Of a stretch of DNA of 62,826 nt, positions 50,998 to 58,549 are shown piece after piece; positions within the stretch are counted from its first letter, which is position 1; every line of letters begins with the position of its first letter. The DNA is from an uncultured Candidatus Nemicrothrix sp. (lineage in GTDB: Bacteria; Actinomycetota; Acidimicrobiia; Acidimicrobiales; Aldehydirespiratoraceae), in contig CAZEML010000003.1 of the NCBI GenBank assembly GCA_964513285.1, positions 1 through 62,826 of the forward strand. The letters run 5' to 3'. The notes under the pieces are model-generated. The model made no database searches. It had not been told where the DNA came from and saw only the letters and a program-made list of their open reading frames with translations. Both the position numbers and the translations under genes were made by a program.

Positions 50998-51510
50998 ATG
51001 AACGATCACGTGAACAATCCCTCATTGCGGCTTCGACCGGTCTTCGCCGCGTCCTTCCTGTTCGTGGCGGTGAATGCCGGCGTCTTCCTCTTCCTCGGGA
51101 TCGGCATCGTCCCGTACTGGGAGTCCCTCACCGGGGAGGAGCTGCAGACCTGGTTCGCCGATCACTTCGGCCGGTTCTCGTGGATGATGATCCCGGTCCA
51201 CCTCCTCGCGATCAGCACGACGATCACCGCGTTCGTCCTCGCCCGCCGCCACGACGGCGGTTCAACGGCGACCTGGTGGATCGCACTGGTCGGACTGCTG
51301 TCGTCTCAGGCGTTCAACTTCACCATCTTCGGCAACGTCCTGAATCCCGACCTGAGCTCCCAGACACTCGACCCTGCCGAGGCTCTCGACACGCTCGACA
51401 CATGGCGCACGCTGCACTGGATCCGCACCGCACTCGTCCTCGCCTCGGCCGCCGCCTTCGTGCGGCTGGTCGCGACCCGCGCCGCCGACGGTCAGACGGT
51501 GAGCACCTGA
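50998..51510 (+). CDS. DUF1772 (anthrone oxygenase-like) membrane protein
   Basis: Trimmed to ATG 50998 (MNDHVNNPSLRLRPVFAASFLFVAVNAGVF...). Four TM helices, divergent from MarR. Confidence 0.6.
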   Translation: MNDHVNNPSLRLRPVFAASFLFVAVNAGVFLFLGIGIVPYWESLTGEELQTWFADHFGRFSWMMIPVHLLAISTTITAFVLARRHDGGSTATWWIALVGLLSSQAFNFTIFGNVLNPDLSSQTLDPAEALDTLDTWRTLHWIRTALVLASAAAFVRLVATRAADGQTVST

Positions 51511-52079
51511 GCGACACGTCGCCTGATCGCCGGCAACGCCTCAACTTCGAACCACGGGTTCTTTCGGAGCCAGTGCTGGTTCCGTGGCGACGGGTGCGGC
51601 AGCACGGCTTGACGCGGGAGGTACGCGGCCCAGTTGGCCACAGTCTCGGTGAGCGTTGGCTTGCGGTCGGCGATGTACCGCTTCTGGGCGTAGGTCCCGA
51701 TGATGAGCTCGAGCCGGTCGTCGGGCAGATGCCCGAGCACCCGGTCGTGCCACAGCGGAGCGCACTCCGGGCGCGGCGGCTTGTCACCCGACGATGCCGA
51801 CCCGGGATAGCAGAACCCCATCGGAACCAAGGCCACGAGCGCCGGGTCGTAGAACTGCTCGTCGCTGACCCCGAGCCACGAGCGGAGGGTCCGTCCGCTC
51901 GGGTCGTCCCACGGAACCCCCGACTCGTGGACTCGACGCCCCGGCGCCTGGCCGATGATGACGATTCGAGCGGTGGACCCGACCTGCACGATCGGCCTCG
52001 GACCGTGCTCGAGGTGCTCCTCGCACACCCGACATCGACGGATGTCGGCGAGCAGGTGGTCGAGCGAGGTGCGGGCCAT
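51492..52079 (-). CDS. Uracil-DNA glycosylase superfamily protein
   Basis: Trimmed to ATG 52079 (MARTSLDHLLADIRRCRVCEEHL...). Motifs IVIIGQAPG and ...LPHPSPRN. Confidence 0.8.
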   Translation of the reverse strand: MARTSLDHLLADIRRCRVCEEHLEHGPRPIVQVGSTARIVIIGQAPGRRVHESGVPWDDPSGRTLRSWLGVSDEQFYDPALVALVPMGFCYPGSASSGDKPPRPECAPLWHDRVLGHLPDDRLELIIGTYAQKRYIADRKPTLTETVANWAAYLPRQAVLPHPSPRNQHWLRKNPWFEVEALPAIRRRVAQVLTV

Positions 52080-52205
52080 CGGTGCAGACCTAGCCGGTCG
52101 ATCGCACCGCCGCCAGGCAAGGGACCGGGCGCCGACAGATCGGTCTCCGTTGCTGGTCGAGCGGGAAACGTCGAGACTCGGGGGGTGCTCTCCCCCGACC
52201 CGACC

Positions 52206-53186
52206 ATGCGCGCCATCACCTACCACCGCTATGGAGGACCCGAGGTGTTGTCGGTCGAGGAGGTCGAGCAGCCGACCGCCGGCGACGACCAGATCCTCGT
52301 ACGGGTCCAGGCCGCGGAGGCGTGCAAGTCCGATTGCGAGATGCGCGGCTTCGGTTTCTCGGTCAAGTGGTTCTGGCTGCCGTTGCGATTGGCGCTCGGT
52401 GTCCGTCGGCCGCGCCGGTCGATTCTCGGCCTGTACTTCGCGGGGGTCGTCGACGAGGTCGGGACCGGCGTCGATGGGTTCGCGCCCGGCGACGAGATCT
52501 ACGGCACGACCGGCATGAAGCGTGGTGCATACGGCGAGTACGTGGCGCTCCCCGCGAACGCCGTCGTCGCCGCCAAGCCTTCATCGATGTCGTTCGCCGA
52601 GGCGGCGGCGGTCCCCCTCGGCGCGTTCAACGCGCTTCACTTCCTCCGAGCGGCAGGGTTGTCGAGCGGCGAGCGAGTCCTGATCAACGGCGCGGGAGGC
52701 GTGATCGGCGCCTACGCCGTGCAGCTGGCCTCGGCGTGGGGCGCGGAGGTCACCGCGGTCGACGCGGCCCACAAGGAGGCGTTCGTCCGCCGGATGGGCG
52801 CGACCGAGTTCGTCGACTATCAGCGCCAGGACGTCACCGAACTCACCGAACGGTTCGACGTGATCTTCGACATGGTGCCGTCGACATCGGTGCGCGGCAT
52901 GTTGCGCTTGCTGCAGCCGGGCGGCCGGTACGCCAACGGCAACCCGCGCCTCTCGACCCTGCTCCGCGCTCCGTTCGTGTCTCGGTTCACCGACAAGCGC
53001 ATGGTGGTCGCCTTTGCCGATGAAACGCGCGAGCTCCTCGAGGAGCTGGCGACGATGATCGACGACGGCACGCTCGGCCCGATCATCGATCGAGTGCTTC
53101 CGATGGAGGAGGCGCCGGAGGCCCATCGGCTGGTCGAGTCCGAAGAGCGGATCGGGGCCATCGCGCTGGCGATCGGTTCGGCCTGA
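52206..53186 (+). CDS. NADPH:quinone oxidoreductase / MDR-family zinc-type alcohol dehydrogenase-like protein
   Basis: Trimmed to ATG 52206 (MRAITYHRYGGPEVLSVEEVEQP...). Rossmann motif INGAGGVIG. Confidence 0.85.
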   Translation: MRAITYHRYGGPEVLSVEEVEQPTAGDDQILVRVQAAEACKSDCEMRGFGFSVKWFWLPLRLALGVRRPRRSILGLYFAGVVDEVGTGVDGFAPGDEIYGTTGMKRGAYGEYVALPANAVVAAKPSSMSFAEAAAVPLGAFNALHFLRAAGLSSGERVLINGAGGVIGAYAVQLASAWGAEVTAVDAAHKEAFVRRMGATEFVDYQRQDVTELTERFDVIFDMVPSTSVRGMLRLLQPGGRYANGNPRLSTLLRAPFVSRFTDKRMVVAFADETRELLEELATMIDDGTLGPIIDRVLPMEEAPEAHRLVESEERIGAIALAIGSA

Positions 53187-53201
53187 CGCGGCCGACCCCG
53201 G

Positions 53202-53855
53202 TCAGCGGTCCGCGAGCCGCTCGAGCCCGTCGAGGATGAGGTCGAGTACGAGTTCGAAGCTCGGACTGGTGTCGCCGTCGAGGTGCTGTTGCACGTGGGC
53301 GATCGAGTGGGCGTGGCGGTCCGTGTCGAGCGACTCGACGAACTCGCGAGCGAGGTCCTCCATCGCCCGGTCGTCGGTGCTCGTCGCCATCTCCTGAGCC
53401 TGGAGCGTGTAGCCGAGCACGTGGTTGTTGACCGCGTGGAAGCCGTGGTGCGCGAGGTCGTCGGGAAGACCCGAGCGAGCGAAGGCGGAGAGCAGGTACT
53501 CCATGTGGTCGATCCGGGCCGGCCCGGGAAGCACCCGCAGCCACAGCGTGGGTACCCACGGGTGACGCACGAAGGCGTCGTGGGTGGCGACGGTGAAGTC
53601 CCGGATGCTCGCCAACGGTGCCCGGTCGGGCGGCGGTGCCGGGATCGTGGCGGCGACGGCATCCACCATCTGCTTGAGCAGTTCGTCCTTGTTGGCGACG
53701 TGGCGGTACAGGGCCATGACCTTGTAGCCGAGCTCGTCGGCCAGACGGCGCATCGTCAGCGCGCCGACACCTTCCGCGTCAGCCAACGCGATGCCAACGG
53801 CCACGATGCGCTCGGCATCGAGCGGTTCGCGGGAAGTGCTCGTGGTCTCGGCCAA
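53202..53855 (-). CDS. TetR/AcrR family transcriptional regulator
   Basis: 217 aa with HTH IALADAEGVGALTMRRLADELGYKVMALYRHVANKDE. Confidence 0.85.
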   Translation of the reverse strand: MAETTSTSREPLDAERIVAVGIALADAEGVGALTMRRLADELGYKVMALYRHVANKDELLKQMVDAVAATIPAPPPDRAPLASIRDFTVATHDAFVRHPWVPTLWLRVLPGPARIDHMEYLLSAFARSGLPDDLAHHGFHAVNNHVLGYTLQAQEMATSTDDRAMEDLAREFVESLDTDRHAHSIAHVQQHLDGDTSPSFELVLDLILDGLERLADR

Positions 53856-53891
53856 CCGGTGTGATCCGTTTCACTCGAACAGGCCTTGACA

Positions 53892-53939
53892 GCGTACAAC
53901 GTACGCACGATGATGGCCAGCACTGCGTACGTTGTACGC
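53892..53939. promoter_or_regulatory. 16-bp perfect inverted repeat GCGTACAACGTACGCA-N16-TGCGTACGTTGTACGC (putative TetR operator)
   Basis: Read directly from the sequence. It lies in the divergent region between the TetR gene and the MDR oxidoreductase. Confidence 0.5.
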
Positions 53940-53965
53940 ATCACCGAATCCCCCACCCCGAACGA

Positions 53966-55021
53966 ATGAAGAAGACGATGACGATGACCAACGAAACCCA
54001 CCCGCTCCCCCACGACGCCGAAGCGCCCGCCATCCCCCAGCGCATGCCCGCCGCGGCCCACCGCACCTACGGCACCGGCGACGCGATCACCGTGACCGAG
54101 CTCGATGTGCCGCAGCCCGACCGGGGCGAGGTCCTCGTCGAGGTCAAGGCCGCCTCGCTCAACGCGCTCGACTGGCACTTCCTGACCGGCACCCCGTACG
54201 TGCTGCGTGCCCAGGCAGGCATCCGCCGGCCGAAGCGCATCGTCCCAGGCGCCGACGTCGCGGGTCGCGTCGTCGCCCTCGGACCCGACGTCACCGAGTT
54301 CGCCGTCGGCGACGAAGTGTTCGGCGAGGGCAACAGCGGGGGATGCTCGCCCTACGCCGTCATGAAGACGAAGGGTCTCGTCGCCAAGCCGATCGGCGTC
54401 ACCTTCAACGACGCGGCCGCCACGCCCGTCGCCGGCCTCACCGCCGTGCAGGGGCTTCGCACGCACGCCGAGCTCCAGCCCGGCGAGCACGTCCTGATCA
54501 ATGGTGCTGCCGGCGGCGTCGGTACGTTCGCGGTGCAGATCGCCAAGGCGCTCGGCGCCGAGGTCACCGCGGTCTGCAGCGCCCGCAACGTGGAGATGGT
54601 TCGGGCGCTCGGCGCCGACACGGTCGTCGACTACACGAGCGAGGACGTCACGGTCGGCGGTGCCCGCTTCGACGTGATGCTCGACAACGTCGGCAACCAC
54701 TCCCCCACGCAGGTGCTGTCGATGTTGAAGCCCGAGGCTCGTTTCGTCGCGGTCAGCGGCCCGAAGGACGGCAAGTGGCTCGGCCCGATCACGCACGTGG
54801 CCAAGACCTGGCGGGCGTTCCGCAAGGCACCGCAGTCGTTCCATCAGTTCGTCGCCGAACCGAACCACGACGACCTCGATCAGCTCGGCGCCTGGCTGGC
54901 CGATGGCACCCTCGTTCCCCAGATCGATCGAGTGATCGGCCTCGACGATGTTGCCGCGGCGATCGACGAGATCGGCGGCGGCCACACCCGGGCGAAGATC
55001 CTCGTCGACCCCACCCGCTGA
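53966..55021 (+). CDS. NAD(P)-dependent MDR-family oxidoreductase (quinone reductase-like)
   Basis: Trimmed to ATG 53966 (MKKTMTMTNETHPLP...). GEVLVEVKAASLN and INGAAGGVGTFAVQIAK. Confidence 0.85.
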   Translation: MKKTMTMTNETHPLPHDAEAPAIPQRMPAAAHRTYGTGDAITVTELDVPQPDRGEVLVEVKAASLNALDWHFLTGTPYVLRAQAGIRRPKRIVPGADVAGRVVALGPDVTEFAVGDEVFGEGNSGGCSPYAVMKTKGLVAKPIGVTFNDAAATPVAGLTAVQGLRTHAELQPGEHVLINGAAGGVGTFAVQIAKALGAEVTAVCSARNVEMVRALGADTVVDYTSEDVTVGGARFDVMLDNVGNHSPTQVLSMLKPEARFVAVSGPKDGKWLGPITHVAKTWRAFRKAPQSFHQFVAEPNHDDLDQLGAWLADGTLVPQIDRVIGLDDVAAAIDEIGGGHTRAKILVDPTR

Positions 55022-55089
55022 GCCAGAACGCGAAACGGCCGCCGGCGAAACCGGCGGCCGTTTCAGCGTCTGTTCGAGTCAGCGATCGA

Positions 55090-56304
55090 TCACTCGATGC
55101 GCATGCCGGAGAGGGCCCGGCTGATCACGAGCTGCTGGATCTGCTCGGTGCCTTCGAAGATGTCGTGGATCTTGGCGTCGCGATGCCAACGCTCGACCGG
55201 GTACTCACGGGTGTAGCCGTAGCCGCCGAGGATCTGGATCGCCCGCTCGGTGGTCCACGTGGCGACCCGACCGGCCTTCATCTTGGCCATCGAGCCTTCG
55301 GCGTTCTTGAACGCACGCTGCTTGCCGAGATTGGCGGCCTTCCAGATGAGGGCACGGGTGGCCTCCACCTCGGTGGCCATGTCGGCGAGCATGAACGCGA
55401 TGCCCTGATTCATGATGATCGGGCGACCGAACGCGTGGCGTTCCTTGGCGTATTCGGTGGCGTACTCGGTGGCGGCACGAGCGATGCCGAGGGCCTGGGC
55501 GCCGACGGCAGGGCGGGTGGCCTCGAAGGTCTGCATGGCGGCCTGGGCGTTGCCCTTCTCACCACGACGGACCTTGGCGAGACGCTCGTCGAGCTTCTCC
55601 TTGCCGCCGAGGAGGCAGCGACCGGGAACCCGCACGTCGTCGAGCACGACCTCGGCGGTGTGGCTCGCACGGATGCCGTGCTTCTTGTACTTCTGGCCCT
55701 GGCTGAGGCCGGGGGTACCGGGCGGAACGATGAAGCTGGCGTGACCCTTCGAGCCGAGCTCGGGGTCGACGACGGCAACGACGACATGGATGTCGGCGAT
55801 GCCGCCGTTGGTGATCCAGGCCTTGGTGCCGTTGAGGACCCACTCGTCCTTGGCCTCGTCGTACTTGGCGGACAGGCGGTAGCCGTTGACGTCAGAACCG
55901 GCGTCGGGCTCCGACGCGGCGAAGGCGCCGGTGGCGATCTTGTCGGGCGTGCCGTAGCACTGGGGCACCCACTCCATGACCTGCTCGGGGGTGCCCGACG
56001 CGGCGATGCCGGCGGCGGCGAGACCCGAACCCATGATGGCCATGCCGATGCCGGCGTCGCCCCAGAAGATCTCTTCGATGGCCATGACCATGGAGATGCC
56101 CGTGGGGTCGTTCATCATCATCTCGGCCATGAACTCCCAGCTGTAGAGGCCGATTTCGGCGGCCTGCTGGACGATCGGCCAGGGGAACTCTTCCTTTTCG
56201 TCCCACTCTTCGGCGTTGGGACGCATCACGTCGACCGCGAATTCGTGCAGCCACTTCTGCAGTGTCAGCTGGTCTTCGTTGAGCGACATCGAGAACTCGG
56301 ACAT
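55090..56304 (-). CDS. Acyl-CoA dehydrogenase
   Basis: Trimmed to ATG 56304, with GAGGAG 7 nt upstream. 404 aa with ACAD N/M/C domains (...AASEPDAGSD...WITNGG...YGYTREYPVERWHRDAKI..IFEGT). Confidence 0.9.
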   Translation of the reverse strand: MSEFSMSLNEDQLTLQKWLHEFAVDVMRPNAEEWDEKEEFPWPIVQQAAEIGLYSWEFMAEMMMNDPTGISMVMAIEEIFWGDAGIGMAIMGSGLAAAGIAASGTPEQVMEWVPQCYGTPDKIATGAFAASEPDAGSDVNGYRLSAKYDEAKDEWVLNGTKAWITNGGIADIHVVVAVVDPELGSKGHASFIVPPGTPGLSQGQKYKKHGIRASHTAEVVLDDVRVPGRCLLGGKEKLDERLAKVRRGEKGNAQAAMQTFEATRPAVGAQALGIARAATEYATEYAKERHAFGRPIIMNQGIAFMLADMATEVEATRALIWKAANLGKQRAFKNAEGSMAKMKAGRVATWTTERAIQILGGYGYTREYPVERWHRDAKIHDIFEGTEQIQQLVISRALSGMRIE

Positions 56305-56443
56305 CAGGGGCTCCTCGCCTTCAGTTACTCGTCGGTAACAAACCCGTACGTTATCCATCGGCAAAACCGGGACCAACTTCAGCGACTGGCTTCCGTCCCC
56401 AAAACGACGCTCAGGTTTCGAAGCGAATGTTCGATAGGACGAG

Positions 56444-57679
56444 ATGGAGTTGGAGGACGCCGAGCCGATCGGGCTCTCGATGCGCATGCTCATGCTCGCC
56501 GTGTTCGGCGGCATCGCGGCCGTCGCCCTCGCGGCGTCGTTCGTCCCCGAGCCGTACCAGTGGGGCGCGATGATCCTGCTCCCCGCAGCGCTGATGGCGG
56601 TCGTGCTCCCGCCGGCGATCCAACGTTGGACGATTCGCCCGGTCGAGGCCGAGATCAACCGCGCCACCGAAGGCGCCCGCCTCGCCCGACGTGAGCTCCA
56701 CCAGGAGCGGACCGCACGAGCGGCGCTACGCGAACTCGACCGCGCCCTCGATCAGACCCCGGACGAAGGCGAGGCGATGGACGTCATCCATCAGGCACTC
56801 GTCCGCCTCCAACTCGACCGCGCCTGCGAACTCCATCTCGTCGAGCCGGTCGACCCGGTCATGACGCTCCGGGTCGCCACCAGCGCCAACGCCCTGCCGG
56901 GTGAGCGCACGTCGCCCTGGGACTCGATCGCCGCTCGCAACGGCACGACCCTGTGTTACGAGTCGACCGAGCGGCTCGACGTCTGCGCTCATCTCCGCGC
57001 CCGGGTCGGGCAGCCTCAGAGCGCGATCGCCGTCCCCGTCCAGGCCACGGGCCGACTGCTCGGCGTGCTCTACCTGTTCGACCGTGAGGGCACCGTGTTC
57101 ACCGCCGAGGAGGTCGCCGACCTCGAGGACGTCGCCAGCATCGTCGCGGCTCGCATCGCGGTGCTCCGGGCCGCGGCGCCGCCGAAGCACGCGGATGCCT
57201 CGGATCGCCTGACCGGCCTTCCCGACCGGGCGGCGATGCAGGACCGGATGATCCGCCTCCTCGAGACCCGCCAGCCCTTCAGCCTCGCCGTCGCGGACAT
57301 CGACGGGTTCGGCACGTTGAACGCCACCTTCGGCCGCCAGGCCGGCGACCGGGTCCTGCAGACCACCGCCCACGTCGCCCGCCGGGTTCTGCGCCCGGAC
57401 GACCAGGTCGGCCGCATCGGCGGCGACGAGCTGCTGCTCGTCTTCCCTCGGACCACGACCGACGACGCGACGAAGGCGTTGGAACGGCTACGTGAGGAGT
57501 TGGCGATCGCCCAGTCCGGAACCGAGGACCCGACCATCACGATGTCGATCGGCGTCATCGGTTCGTCGAGCGGCGGGACGATCGAGGCCCTGCTCCAGCG
57601 GGCGGCCGGAGCGTTGAACCACGCCAAGACGCAGGGCGGCAACCGGGTGATCGTCGCCCAGCCGGTCCCGCGGGCCTGA
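56444..57679 (+). CDS. Membrane-anchored GAF-GGDEF protein (GGDEL variant)
   Basis: 411 aa with two N-terminal TM helices, a GAF-like middle region and a C-terminal DRLTGLPDRAAM...RIGGDELLLVF (GGDEL in place of GGDEF). Confidence 0.8.
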   Translation: MELEDAEPIGLSMRMLMLAVFGGIAAVALAASFVPEPYQWGAMILLPAALMAVVLPPAIQRWTIRPVEAEINRATEGARLARRELHQERTARAALRELDRALDQTPDEGEAMDVIHQALVRLQLDRACELHLVEPVDPVMTLRVATSANALPGERTSPWDSIAARNGTTLCYESTERLDVCAHLRARVGQPQSAIAVPVQATGRLLGVLYLFDREGTVFTAEEVADLEDVASIVAARIAVLRAAAPPKHADASDRLTGLPDRAAMQDRMIRLLETRQPFSLAVADIDGFGTLNATFGRQAGDRVLQTTAHVARRVLRPDDQVGRIGGDELLLVFPRTTTDDATKALERLREELAIAQSGTEDPTITMSIGVIGSSSGGTIEALLQRAAGALNHAKTQGGNRVIVAQPVPRA

Positions 57680-57712
57680 GCGCGTCCGAGCTGCCCGAGC
57701 CTCAGGCTCGGC

Positions 57713-58447
57713 TCACAGCACCCAGGCGAAGATCAGCCGCAACGCGCCGGCGGTCACGGCGACCTTGAACAGCCGGGTGAGCAGCGCAGGGTCGAACCGG
57801 CGCAGCCAGCGGGATCCGACTCGGGTGCCGACGACGACACCGACGGCGCCGACCACGATCATGCCGAGGTTGTCCGCCCACGCGTACCCGGCCACGGCGA
57901 ACACCGCGACCTTGACGACGTGGCTGAGGACCTGGCCCACGGCGAAGGTCCCGACGAAGGACACGTGATCCTTCGTCGCGGTACGGAAGGCCGGCGCGAG
58001 AAGCGGTCCGGCGGCGCCGACGGTCGGGTTCACGAACCCCGAGAACGCGCCGACGATCGCGAACCGCGACCCACGGCCCGGCTTCGGCGCCAGCCAGGCC
58101 GTCATGGCCGGCCACCACACCGCCAACAGGGCGAAGCAACCGATCACAGCCCGACCCGACGATCGCGGGATGGCATCGGCCACGAAGTAGCCGAGGACCG
58201 TGAACGGGATCAACGGAACGACGAACGGCGCGAGCAACCCGCGGTCGACATCGGCGCGCAGGGTGACCGCTCGGGTGCCGTTGCTGAACAACTGGATGAC
58301 CCCATGGGCGGGGATGGCGACGAGGGGATCGACGAACTGCAGGATGACGATCAGCAGGATCATCCCGCCGCCCGCGCCGGCCACCGCCGTCAGCGCCGCG
58401 GTGGCCACCGCGGCGACGAAGAGGATGAGCAGTTCGACCTCAGACAC
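57713..58447 (-). CDS. TauE/SafE (DUF81) family sulfite/anion exporter
   Basis: Trimmed to GTG 58447 (VSEVELLILFVAAVATAALTAVAGAGGGMILL...). Polytopic. The start is uncertain. Confidence 0.7.
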   Translation of the reverse strand: MSEVELLILFVAAVATAALTAVAGAGGGMILLIVILQFVDPLVAIPAHGVIQLFSNGTRAVTLRADVDRGLLAPFVVPLIPFTVLGYFVADAIPRSSGRAVIGCFALLAVWWPAMTAWLAPKPGRGSRFAIVGAFSGFVNPTVGAAGPLLAPAFRTATKDHVSFVGTFAVGQVLSHVVKVAVFAVAGYAWADNLGMIVVGAVGVVVGTRVGSRWLRRFDPALLTRLFKVAVTAGALRLIFAWVL

Positions 58448-58549
58448 GACTTGTATCGTACTTGTATTGTCGAGTCTCGTCGAGACCTCATCGCTCCAGC
58501 GCCGAAACACCGGTTGGCCAGCGGCCACCACCGGTATCCTCGGCGGTCT

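Noticed and set aside
57070-57120. The GGDEL variant in the GAF-GGDEF protein as evidence of an inactive cyclase.
   Set aside because: I cannot judge this from a single substitution. The rest of the active-site context (RxxD-like I-site region, DxLT) looks intact, so it is left as an annotation note only.
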